DNA of 63,999 bases, the filler included, from Sphacelaria rigidula (lineage: Eukaryota), in assembly GCA_964200075.2 (NCBI GenBank). It is 5 parts of 5 records of this genome, joined end to end, with 100 filler letters (N's around TTAATTAATTAA, not from the genome) between each part and the next. Parts side by side here need not be neighbours in the genome. Positions count along the whole stretch, not along the records: positions 51,375 to 63,999 come from CAXNAA020003557.1; 4 more parts are not named here. One strand, given 5' to 3'. This document shows, piece after piece, positions 52,100 through 63,999 of the stretch. The notes under the pieces are model-generated. The model was not told where the DNA came from and ran no database searches. It saw nothing but the letters and a program-made list of their open reading frames with translations. A program made the translations under genes and the position numbers. Positions within the stretch are counted from its first letter, which is position 1; each line of letters opens with the position of its first letter.

Positions 52100-55000
52100 C
52101 TCACCCCTCCAGTCGGTGCCCTGCTCAGGCTGCCGATCCCCGCCTTCTACGCTCGTCCGCAAGGACTTCCGACACTAGGCCGCAACTGGTGTCGTTAGCT
52201 CGGACGTGTTCTTGTATGCGTCCGATTTCAATCTACCCTCTTTTTGCTACACCCTTTGAGACACTCCTGCTGCCGACAAGTGGGTGGCGCCACCAATCCA
52301 CAAAGAGTGCAGCGCGAACTCTGCGGGCGGGAGCCCAGCCAACGCCACTACTTGCCGCAGCGCCGCTACTGCATCATACCGAATCCGTCACCAGTAAGTC
52401 CCCGGAGTCCCTCACACCATACGTCATAACCGGAGCTTCAGCGGGTTACGAATCAGAAACATACAGTAGTTCAGTCATGAACGCGACCGCTCCGCCCCCT
52501 ACTGGAAATGCCAGCACAGGACCCTCGCAAACGCGCATTACTATTAATACCACCCCTACTCGTAACTGATCCCCATTGGAAGCCCGGAATGGCACTTCCA
52601 CCCAGTCTGCTGAACCCCACCCAGGTCGACGCAACTGCGGCCGTCCCTTGAGAAATGCCACACTCCTTCTACGCGAAGAGTAACGGGGGTGATAGGGAAC
52701 ATAATCCGCAAACATCTCGGAAGACCTCGTCAGAAATATGAAGGAGGAAGACAAGCCCAGCCACAGCACGATGCCACCTGGACCCCATCCAAGCGACAGA
52801 CGTTCCCCATCCATGAGCACTGACAACGCCACCGGACGTCTAACTCACTGCTGTGATCCCATCACAAAGTGACCACACTTCAATCCCATCAACGCATTTT
52901 TCATCAACGAGTCCTGAACTGAATGTCCAAGTCGACAGCCCTCTCCGTTCGATGGAAATATGCCACTGCAGCCAAATGACTTGCCACGGTGTTCAACTGC
53001 AACCCTTTTTTTGCACACGCACAACCTATGTACTCAATCAATGACCAAACATCATGTATCGCATCATCACTGCTACTCAAAAACACGACTCGGTTCGTCT
53101 CCCGCCGGAACTTTACCCAGGAAGCAAACTGTCTCTCGTAAGTCCTCGCAGACGATGGCGCAATGGCATTTCGGACGAGCCCACGGCCACAATGCACGAA
53201 CACAGATGCCTCCCCTCTGTCCCGATATCCTGCAAATGCCATTGAACGTCGGGATGGCGGGACGAGAGGTTAGCGGAGATAAAATTGATTGGTCATGGCG
53301 AAGTACCATCAGCAACATCATTCAGAATTCCCGGCACGTGCTTCGCCTCGAACATCCATCCCGAAGCTGTTTCCAACACGCCAAGTATGCGCATCGGAGC
53401 GCCCGATCCCGGCCCCTTACCCCCCCTGCACTTTTTCACCCAAGTCACGGCGGATGAATTGTCTCCATGCTACAACACGCAATCAGCTCGATGTCGTGGT
53501 CGTCTCCCACCGAGAACACATTTCACCCATGCCGACATGACCATTCCTGACAGTTCCAGGACATTGATGGAGATGTTCTCTTCCGAGTGCACCGTAGCAC
53601 CTTGAAACTGAAAACGTTCCTCATCGGACAAGTCATACCGCCACCACAGGCCCGACTGCAGATAATATCCGTCAACCGCAACACCCGATGTGTCCGAAAA
53701 CAAGGACAGCGTGAGTGGGCGCAGCATCGATCGGTGGGTACACCGGGGACGATAATACTGCTCCACACCGCGACAAACCGTCACTGACCAGCCAACGCCA
53801 CACGTCTAGACCATCGTGGAACCCCGGGCTTAATACCACCACTCGCGACTTCGTCGTCCCCCTCTTTTGACATCTATCTCCCGTCACGACACATGACGAA
53901 GAGGGGCGGCGCACCCCCAACGATGCGAGCATGCGGTGTACATAAACTTCCCCAGACATAATACGTAGGAGACGTAGCAGAGAACCGGTCAACGATGAAA
54001 TGTATCTCACTGTTCCACATTTGCGATCCCGAGGCCATTGCAACACCAGTTTTTGCAATTTTGTGAGTTTTTGCCTCTGAAAGCGAGATCGATAGGCTGT
54101 CAGTACCAATTACCCATCCCAGCACTTCCAACCGGGTGTCCCACGCCGACATTTTGTGGGTGTCTCACAACGTTTGGTCATCCAACCCCCTCTCACCATT
54201 CAAACGATCATGATCTGCTATTCAGGACCTCGACGCGCACAAACTTCACCTGCCGTCAGAAAAATATTGTACTTCCACAAACATGCTGTCGTCAACGTGA
54301 ATGCCCATTAAAAAGAGGTCGCCCACCCTGCCACCAACTCCCGTAACGGCCTTCCAGTCCGGGGGCGGAGTTGCAACGCGTGCCTGCCGGCTTGGTGTCA
54401 TCTTGATAGCCTGAGCATCACGACGGCCGATATCCGTCACCGCGTGTTTGAAAAAGGACGTGTTGATGTGCGAGTGTTCCAAGGCCGCCGCTAGCAAGCC
54501 CCAAAAGCCGGGACTGCTGCGCCAACCAAATTCCAGGCACAGATCAACTGCCGCCATATCACCAAGCACGTATCCAAAATAAGTGGAATGTGCTGAGTCC
54601 ACCAACACTTGGCGAAATGCCTCTTCGACATGAAGTTTACTCAGCACGATGCGGGCTAAGGGGCCAAATTTCTGTCGCAAGAACGAAATTCACATCAGAA
54701 CTTTGGGCAGCACCCAACCAATGTCGCACGGCAGTGCCTGCAAAAACTCGGTGTTCGCATTAACACTGGTGTGCGGCGTTCGACGCGGGGGGAAAGTGAG
54801 ATCATGCATGATACAAAATTTAGGGTGCACCACCACCCCATCTTGGGAAACACGAAATAATTTAATGTAGAAGATCCGTCTCTTATCAAATACCAGTGCG
54901 CGACCGTTCATGACATCCAGGCGCAGCTGTTCATCTACATGGTCCAGGTGATCATCCACCCCACTATGAATCCTGTAGTTAATCGCATTAATCAAATCAC

Positions 55001-57700
55001 CCCTCGGGTTGAACATCAACGGGTACGCCTCATTCTAGCACATTTACCGACATTTACCAACAAAGTAACTTGCGGAAAACCCTTGTAGTCATCAAACCAT
55101 TGACGAACACTTTCAAGGGTCGGACGAATTGATGGTTCGTCTGGATATCACATGATTTTAGTGTATTTGATTCGTACCGTACGAATCAATCCTTGGGCTT
55201 TGTTTTTTTAGCGTTGTTGCTGCAAGTCAGGTATGCGCAGCCCAGGCACGTGGAATGGCGCAAAAGTTGCGTCAAGACCTGTTCGACCAGCGGTCGACTT
55301 TTTTGTTTCGTTCGAGCAATCAGGTCTGAGAAGTCGTGGATTTGGTTATTCGAACCGGCGATGGTTCGCCAGAACCGTGAACACTGTGAACGTCTACTTG
55401 CGATCCGAAAGATTCTCGCCCTACTCGGTTGACGAAAACTTCAAAACCGCCGTCACACGCGTGCAACATGGCCGACCCTACACCCGCAATGCGGGTAAGG
55501 TGTGCGACCGCCTGTGTCCCAGTCAGGTCACGTAACTGCGTTACCGAATATCTCCACCACTTACTGCAACATGAAAATGATCATCATCACACACGCCCAA
55601 CATACCAGAATCACGATGCACCATGGAACCTGGCACCAGCACGTCACCATCGCATTCGCCTTGCTTCCGCCCCAGAGTGCAGCGTGCCAAATCCCGCAAC
55701 CCCACTCTATCCTGGCACGTGTGCATTCCGACGCTCCTATCCTGGGTTGGCCCCGCCGTAAGGCGAAGCCCGTCCCCCTAGCCCGACCTTCCTGATTGCG
55801 CCACCGTACCATTGTCACCGCTTGAACCGCCGTCCCCAGTAGAAGCTTCCCCACCGTCATTGCCACCATCCGCAATCCGTACTCGCGGCCCCTACGCCTG
55901 CGTGGTCTGGGACCGGCTGCTGCCGCCGATACCGGGAGCAGGGACCGCGGTGTCGGGGGTGCGGTTCTCACTCGAGCGGCTGGCATCACTGCCGCTATTA
56001 CCGGTGACGGCGCTCGCATTGCCACCCCCGCCCCATTGTTGCACGTCGTGGCCGAACCGGCATCTGTCACCCCACCGACAGTGGCCGTAGCCGAAGAAAA
56101 CGAAGCAAGACTGGCTTCGCCGCAGTCGCTTGGCCGCCGAGTGCCCGCCGTGTCCGGCTGCGGTGCCCCAATTCCCTGCACCCCGGTTGCTGGAGCCCGG
56201 GCCACTCCCCACCCCACCCCCAGCGGTGGCGCTTCCCGTCGCCATCCCTTCCGATGCGTCAACGTACCCCGCTCTCACCATTCTCACAGCGTCGCCCCCG
56301 GTTTCGATGAACGAGCGCAGCTGAGGAAAAGCGGGAACAGGCGGAGAAGGAAGAACGCCGGCCGACGGTGGCGGAGAGCGATTATTCTTGAACAACTGCC
56401 GCGACCACTGTGCGAGGGCATCATACCACTTGCTAAGGTCAGAGTTGATGATGTAGGTCGTGGTATCGGTACACGTGCGCTGTGTCATCATCGCGATGTT
56501 GACGTTTGTGTACGACCGGAGCTCGGAGGTTATCCCCGCAAAGGCCGCCGGAAGCGCCTCCGCCCGGCCGGCACACACCGCATCCTCTGCACTAGACGGT
56601 GCTCCCAGACCGACACCCGGCAAGCGCCCGAAGGCGTCACCCATCAGACCCAACAGATCCGGTGGTGATATCTTGCCGCTCGATCTGGAACCCGCAGCGC
56701 CGCGCAGCATGAAGGCTGCAACGTCGAGGAAGGAGACCGTGCGGAACATGCTCGCAAGAACCCCTTGCAGCTCACCTTGACCAAATAATTGTGCTGGCGG
56801 TTTGCCGGTGAGGAGCCACCACTTGCGTGACGCGGCGTCCTGCCAAAGCTGCACACGATCCCGCACCTCGTACGTTCGGTGTTGCTCCACCTCAGCCCAA
56901 GCTGCAGCCTGGTTTGCGCTGGCTGCTGGGCACCCCATGGCTGCACATTTGCCTACGCCCCGCCTCCACCCACGGACCTCGAACCGGCAGGTTTTGCGGT
57001 CTGCAGGTCGGTGTTGTCCCATCGAGCAACGGGGGGCGTGGATTGTGTTGCCGTTGCGTCGAGGTGGAAGGTGCGTGATCCCCAACAAGCCGCTGCCACT
57101 CCCCCGCGCGGCTCAGCGCGTACCCCTGGCGTACTTGGCTACACCACCGCTGGACGGGTCGGTGACCGCAGGGAAATATCACCAGAGACGTAGTGGGCGG
57201 TCTAGCCGCCTCTGTGACAGAACCCCTGTCCTCCGCGTGGCAAACGTTACCTTTATCGGGGCGGCTGACGGATGCTACAGGTCCGGCCCCTGACGTAACT
57301 AGCTGTTGTACCACCTCCCTTAACTGACGAACTTCGTCGGTAATCGAGGTGATCTTGGAAACCAAACCCTCCACGCTTGTACTGGTGCCACCTAGGTAAA
57401 TTGCGATGATATCGACGCGGTCGCTGACACGGCCTATATTTTTGATGATGTCGGCCACCTGATTGTCCAACGTATCAATCTGTTGGATAGGTGCACGCGG
57501 CAAGCCTATCGCCATCCCACCGTCGAGGGCGAGCCACCCGACGACGCAGGATTGTCACTGTGTGTAGCCTCGCTGGTAGCATACCTGGTAAAGGACGACG
57601 TCGGCTGAGAGGCAGGCACAGAAGCGGGCGCCGCGGCCCTTTATTCACCGTTGCCGCCCGTCCCCGCCGCAGCTTCTCCTGACGGCGGCATGACGGTCAG
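52100..57700 (-). mobile_element. Decayed tyrosine-recombinase retrotransposon (DIRS order, Ngaro-like)
   Basis: In order: a gag-like region with coiled coil (57515-57290) and CCCH finger CFVFFGYGHCRWGDRCRFGH (~56110-56040); RT (55019-53900: HDLTF, SVN, EEAFRQV, FGWRSSPGFWG, HVDD, LEVLGWVI); RNase H (53784-53470: FSDTS, INVLEL); tyrosine recombinase (53242-52250: SSARTYERQFASW, FLTRSSE, EFALHSLWIGGAT). Multiple stops and frameshifts; terminal repeats not recognisable. Confidence 0.9.
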
Positions 57701-58109
57701 AGCCGTGAAGGAGCTGCAAATGAAAACCTTCGGAAAACCCTTGGGACGCACGAGCTACGGCAGCGATTCGAGATGCTATTACTTGCTAGAAGTCGCAACG
57801 CCCGTATCCCGTAACTCACACACCTCGAGCTTACTCTCACACCCCACAACTGTCCCTTAGTCGTGCTTGCGCTCGCCCTTGTATCTTGGCTGCTTCCTAC
57901 ACACTGAGACTCTCAACTGACTCACCCACACGGTCACAGCATATCTGTTCCGGAATGGTTTCAAGATACTTGAACCGCAATCTAGATCTGGGGAAGGGGA
58001 AGTTCTATCCGCTTCTGCACAAATGCTCGGTTCTTTACAAACACAGAACCGAACCTCTGGTTGAGAGGTGAACGTTAGAGTTGCACAACCTCGCAAAAGA
58101 TGTCAAGTA

Positions 58110-58325
58110 TAAGTATAGTGCAAATACTCCAGGAAATCATAATAGCCAAAGTGTGCTCATCACTGAGTGCTCCCGAGGTACCTGGAATATATAGGCTGCA
58201 CTCTGGAATACTGTCGTACTGAGTACGTGGAGTATCAAGCGCCGAACGTACTGAGTGTACTGGACAACCCTGGAGGATCGCCCGCCCAATACACTGAGTA
58301 CTTCAGAGTACCTGGAGTATCGTTC
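58110..58325. repeat. Degenerate low-complexity repeat (TACTGAGTAC / CTGGAGTA motifs)
   Basis: Recurrent actgagt(ac), ctggaata and ctggagta words over ~200 bp. Confidence 0.55.
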
Positions 58326-60039
58326 CCTTTCCTAAGCACCTTTGCAAGATTGCGCATTCGCGTCTGTGAATTCGGAAGCGATGCACGGAAGTGGCAGTCC
58401 CGTAGCGCCGTGAAGCGTGTCCGCGTGCAGAGGGGGGCTAGTAAACATCGACTCAGCGACAGACTCCGCTCTCCCTCTTCGCACATCACCTTTTCACGCT
58501 CAAAGGCATTGGTTGAACTCTGTCGTCTACTACTGACTGTAGCGGAATACGTTCCATTCGATATCACGATCGGTCGTCTTCTGCCACCGTAGGTTCTGCA
58601 GTTTTTCGCCTTGGCAAAAAAGGGCGGGTCAAATGTGCAACGTCAAGCCGCAAAAACATGCGGTTTTCGCCACCACTAAAAAAAACACGGAGGATATCTT
58701 CGGGCGCAATGGAAAAACCAACCCGCGACACGGAAATGCGGTAGAATGTGTGATAATGGCTAGATAATGGCACAGGGCGCCGAGTCAGACAAAAATTGCG
58801 ACTCCAGGAGGTTGCAGGTTTTGAAGCGGACACGCGCCCACTAATACGCACTCACGGATGCGGAGCAAATATGACTAGCCAAGTAAACGTAGCTTTCGGC
58901 AGCTTCTCGTCAGTGTAAGAGACGCCCGATATCAGATTTATCGGAACACTGACCTTTGCACATGCGCATGCGGTATACATGCCGAACAAAACGCCATACT
59001 CCGCAAACTGGGAGGGGGGGGGGGGCAGGGGGTGATAGCCTTGTCTACGTTGAAATCTCATCACAGGGGAAGAGTGGTACTCTAGAGAGAGGGTAGCATT
59101 AGCGCTTGGATGCTCTGGCGCGGCAAATACACGATCACGGGAGGGGGGTGATATTCCACGGCAGATGATGAAGGGTATAACGGTTTCCCCGGGTTTGCGT
59201 ACATGGCGCTCCTTAGTCTTGTCGCCCCCAGTGCTATTCATCGGGAGGCGTGATGGAAGTTAGGCGGAGGAGAGGAAAACTTCGGGTGAACTTCGCACAG
59301 CGAATTTTGAATTTTGTGCACCTGCAACCTTGGTGACATACGGGGTGCCGGGCAAAGAGAGAGGCTAATGATGGGCCCTGTGTCATTCTCCACGCAAAAA
59401 CGCGCACCGTGGATACCTCACGATCGCGGCTGGGGACCCCTGAGTGCTTCTACAAGACGGCGGCATGTTCCGGCACACGTCCCTGTAGCCTGGGCTGGAA
59501 ATAATACTAATATACGAGCTGGGCCAGCAGTAAATCCCGCATTCGCTTTCCACTCTACAACTTCTCAAGTTTTCAAAATCAGCGCAGAAAACTTAATATC
59601 CAGTCCAATTACGCATAAAGCGTAGAGGAGCATCGAATCGTCTAGACGTTGGCCCTGGTCTGATTGATTGATTGATTTTGATCGATCGATTGTCACACAT
59701 CAAGTCATGCTCCACGGATCCAGCCGTGGTCACGTGTCACACGTACCCGAGACAAAACAGAACTGAAACGCTCCCTGAAAAAAAGGAGAAGAAGAAAGAA
59801 CAGAAAAGGCAGAACAATCCAAAAGAGTGAACATATAAAAAAAGAACAAATAAATAGTCATTGACACGAAATCTTCTGACAAGGTACACTACCTCGTAAT
59901 GGGCCCCTGTGGTCAACGTCGGGAATACGTGCCACTTGGGCGTTACACGACGGGAAACGGGGCCCAACACTCTGCAACCATCGCACTTCGGTGACGAAGT
60001 TGCCGAAGTTAATTCAATGTCCACCAAAGAGTTCCTGTG

Positions 60040-62350
60040 GGAAGGGAATCTCTTCACGGGGCTATGCGCTGAGTCAACACGTCAGCGCGTTGCTAGCTGA
60101 CGGTGCACATGTCACCCGTCCGCTACCAGCGTTCTCGAACGGTGATATCGCACATCTCTCACGCTAACTTTTCGAGGAATATTTGCAAGCTGCATTACGC
60201 CCTGGTAGTCCTCGTATACCGTTCCGGAATGCACATCCCCGTGAGATTGCATGAATCTCAGTACCGCGCTCACAAACAGTGCCTCCCTCAATACGTCTCC
60301 CATCGCCACATACTCTGCCTGCATTGTAGACAATGTTACGGCCTTTTGGGTCCTGAGAGGAAATTCGACGACGGCTCCGCAGCAAAACATCTCCCTTCTC
60401 GACACCGAAGTCCGATCATCAACTTTGACGTTGTCAGCATTCGCATCCGTAAACGCCTACAGCTCCTTGCTCAAATCCCTGACGTACGTGATGCCTAAAT
60501 CTACAGTACAGTCAAGGTTCTCGAAAATGCGCAAAACCTTCCGCGTATTTCCAAGGGTAGGATTTTTGCTTCGTCGGGATGCAGCCCTAATTGTTTCGGC
60601 GATTTCGGGACATGTTTAGTTTGAGAGCCACACACGAACGAACCCATTGCTTCGCGGTACAAGTACCTCCCCTCCGTGGCATCACCCCTCTCGACCTCGA
60701 CAGCTGGCTTAACGTACGCGGCAGACGAGAGGGCTTTCGTGATCGATATCCCCTCTAGAATGCGTCGTGTGTACGTGGTTTTGTGATCGCATGAATGTAC
60801 CTCCCTCGATGTTGTCATGTTCCACATCTCGGACAGCTCATGAGCTACCTGAAATATTTAATCGAAGACAACTCTCAGATCCTTTGTACAAAAACACCAA
60901 ACACGCGACAGCAGTGTCCGAGAAACCAAAGCATTACCTTCTCCCGCTACACGGCGTGCTCGGCGTCCCTCGCTGTCGGGAGCTAATGGGAAAATAGTGT
61001 CCAAATGCTCTATTATAGCTCATGATCCGGATCAGTAGTCTAGTAAGACGTTATATCCAGGTAACTCATGAGCTGTTCCACTTGTGCTGCATACAGCACC
61101 ACTTCACCGAGATTCTTCGAGGGAAGGAGTGAGTATGAAGAGCTTCTGCTAGCTGTGCGCTCTCTCCTTCATTGCACATCACGAGCATACCATCGATGTG
61201 CGCTACCGCAAAAACTGCGAATGCCTCCCCGTCCATCAGCCTGTATAAATACACGGGTCAGCCAAGCTCCCCTCGAAACCTAGACTCGCCAGAGTATTAC
61301 CCAGGATCGCAAACTATTCCCTAGCGGCTTGTTCAAGCCCATACATTGTTTTCATTAGGCCCGAGGTGGTACCAGATCGTTAGCCAAGACATATCGGTCA
61401 TCGCATGTACACGACGTCCTTCAGATCAGGAATGAACAAGAGCCTGCTCCACGTCAAAATGAAGAGCGAGTTCCCCCGTCGGCATGCCCAACTGGCGCGG
61501 CCACTCTGTTGAACACTGTTTCAGTGAGATTGAGAGTAAAGCGTTGATTGAGAGTGGGTTTTATCATTCGATTTAACTCGACGATTTTTTCACTCTGTGT
61601 GTACATTTCTTTGCCTGTAACACTGGCGTGTGCTTCCAGCACAACGTCCATATGCCTCTCATGAACATGAAGGGCTCCAGTGGCGAGCTGCTACAGAAAG
61701 TATATCATGCCTCGTGGGTGGGCATTTCGGAACTGAAACCATCCATTCATTGATTGACCGCTCCTCACGCTCAATCGTGTCCTCTTTTGTCAATCTCACG
61801 AAAACATTGTTTTCGGTATATGCGGCCGGAATGGGTGAGAATGTCAGTATTTCCCCTATTTTCTGATTGGCTCCTGTGTATACCGAAAGGGCCTTAGTCT
61901 TGACTACGTAGCCGTGCCTTTCAGTTTTCCACTGAAACATCCCATTTTCAGTCAGTCGCCTTCTCATCCTCAGACAGTGAATCCACCATCGACCACGTGG
62001 TACTACGATCCAAGCTAGCAATCTCCCAATCCGTCCCATGCAACAACACCTCTAAGTCAGCAACATTTGTCACTGTTTTGGCGGGCCGGCTCGATCTCGT
62101 CTCAAACTCATACACGGAACCAAAAACAAGTCAGGCTTCTCCGCTTTCCGTGGGTCGTCCGAGCCGGCCAGTTGAGAGCCAGTATCATGCCCACGGCGCT
62201 GACCTCCGCGGTCGTCGTGAGCAACGCACCATGACCTCATTCTGGCTTGCTGGAGGCCAGGAAGATGCTGCTGCAGTTTCTCCTCTCGGCACTGTTGCTG
62301 AAGTAGACGGGTTCGCAGGTTTGACCGTCCCGAACTCTCGCTAGATCGGG
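60040..62350 (-). mobile_element. Decayed Ty1/Copia LTR retrotransposon, RT-RNase H region
   Basis: MFQWKTERHGYVVKTKA (RT start), YRLMDGE..VAHIDGMLV (degenerate VHVDD), YREAMGS and RTQKAVTLSTMQAEYVAM..EALF..YEDYQG..QLAN..DVRYH (Copia RNase H). Many disablements; LTRs not resolved. Confidence 0.85.
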
Positions 62351-62909
62351 TCAGGGTCTGCCTCAGTTCGAACTCTACGCCTGAAGCACAGGAGTGTTTT
62401 AATGTAGGGTTCCGCGTACAACTACCCCGAGCGGCGCAATGCAGATGCAGGCGAAAGACAGATATAATACGTCGTCTCGACCCGGCGCACGTCTTCGATT
62501 GAAGAAAAAAATGATCGGGCGCGGCCTCAGGAATAGTAGATGCTGGTGATTCGAACCAAGGATGATTATTCGTCCGCCACTTGGTTATTGATCACGCACA
62601 TACGTTCGTTATTCCAATTCGGCAGTCATACGTGTTGCACATACGTCATTGTATTGCAGTACGTATGTTTACATACCCATCTTGGGTGAATGCGTATGAT
62701 CACAATCGGTAGCCGTGAAGGGCATACAGCATTTGTCAGAGAGCGGTACTAGCAAGCAACGAAACGCGTATGTAACGACCAACGACGCATCCTGAACAAC
62801 CAATCACCCGTGACATCAAACACCTCCTGAGGTGATCCGCTTTTATTTATTTATTTTTGCCTGATCCTTTTTCTTCCCTATTGTGCTGTTTTCTGCCCCC
62901 CGAAATGAA

Positions 62910-63096
62910 GTCGTGATCGGCATGTCCCTTCGGAAACAGCATCGTCGTTAGGGAAGGCCACCGGCATGCTCGGGAGAGCTGCGGGTACTATCCGGTCCGC
63001 ACGGGGTTCTGTGGCACTGCGTTCGGTGATGCAACGTGAAGAGGTCGGGGCGGTGTCGGCTGCGCAGCAAGCAGAAGACGTCGAAGATAAGGAAAC
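62910..63096 (+). CDS. Probable internal exon of an unidentified gene
   Basis: Polypyrimidine tract plus AG at 62909, an open frame RDRHVPSETASS...QAEDVEDKE and donor AC|GTAAGT. A possible terminal exon at ~63760-63805 is phase-compatible. Confidence 0.4.
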
Positions 63097-63196
63097 GTAA
63101 GTTATGCGACGAAACGCTGCATGTGTTATACGCCATTTGGGTCTGTCGTATCCCCGTAACATGGAACAAGAAGAGTTGGCGGATTATTATTATTGG

Positions 63197-63288
63197 GATT
63201 AGGAACGGTGCTCCGTGGCGAAATAGATGCGTGGTCAATGGTCAAATGACTGAGGCAAGCAACAAATAAGTACCCCCACCCACCCCCC
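63197..63288 (+). mobile_element. LINE 3'-end fragment (family 1) with C-rich tail
   Basis: Encodes RNGAPWRNRCVVNGQMTEASNK* followed by gtacccccacccacccccc. Confidence 0.85.
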
Positions 63289-63999
63289 AAGAACAAAGTC
63301 GATAGGAATGGGGACAGGATGACACAGAAGCAACAACCGCCTCTTTTGTCTCTCGTGAACCCATGTCGAATGTGCCCGGCTGCAAGTGTTTTGTTTTGTG
63401 GGTGTTTGGGAGATGAAGCTTTGGGAGTAGAGCTATTCACGTGCGGTATCCGCGTCGCGTGGGCTAGGGCCGTCAGCATCGATATCGATGTGCCGTATCG
63501 TATCGTATCGTGTCCTGCCGGTTATCAGCGCCGATGCGGACGGACATTGATGAAACGAAACAAATCATGCTTGTGAAATAATGAAAAAAAGCGTGCTAAA
63601 CACAGTAGAACAAACACCGCGTTACAGTCATTTGTATAACTTGATTCTACGTACATCGGGAGAGGGAGAGGGACGATTGTAGTATTATTACTTATTTTTA
63701 TGATTATGAGGATTATTCTTTACTCACGTTAGCCCCGTCTCTCGAACCCGTGGTCACAGACGTAGGCTCGCCCTTGTAGTATTGTCACAACCACTCCTCA
63801 CATGAGATGGGGCGGCCATTGCTCCTTCTGAAACTCCGAGAACGAAAGCAAAACGATTCAAAATAATACCAATAAGGAACAGAGGCGTCAAGAAAAGAAG
63901 AGAGAATCCCCCTTCCCCCCCCCCCCCCCCCCCCCCCACCGGCGGGGGGGGGGAAAAAACACAACAAACAGAACAAAGAACAAAAAAAAAAAAAAAAAA

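Noticed and set aside
57770-57860. Ngaro split direct terminal repeats matching 51700-52200
   Set aside because: Only trivial short similarities by eye; not supportable.
59735-60000. Copia 3' LTR
   Set aside because: No second copy and no clear polypurine tract or TG..CA boundary pair in the window.

Overview
Eukaryotic, intron-rich DNA of about 50% GC, most consistent with a brown alga (Phaeophyceae, Ectocarpus-like); the taxonomy is inferred from gene structure and repeat types. The window is not one locus. It is five pieces (1-12745, 12846-25588, 25689-38431, 38532-51274, 51375-63999) joined by identical 100-nt artificial spacers (44 N + TTAATTAATTAA + 44 N). Piece 1 holds a minus-strand USP16/45-like ubiquitin protease split by very large low-complexity inserts, with a TA-flanked MITE and a LINE relic in its introns, plus the first exon of a probable plastid-targeted protein. 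Piece 2 holds 11 phase-consistent exons, including one GC-AG intron, of a minus-strand protein with beta-sandwich repeats and the start of a pectate-lyase-like beta-helix. Piece 3 is mostly repeats: a degenerate array, a foldback and one orphan first exon. Piece 4 holds four exons of a DCAF8-like WD40 gene whose introns contain a Tc1/mariner fragment and LINE relics. Piece 5 holds a decayed DIRS/Ngaro tyrosine-recombinase retrotransposon and a decayed Copia. The most striking unexplained pattern is about 13 LINE 3' ends from at least two related families across all five pieces. Most end in (GA)GTAC followed by a poly(C)/C-rich tract rather than poly(A), and they stack in chains on C/G tracts.
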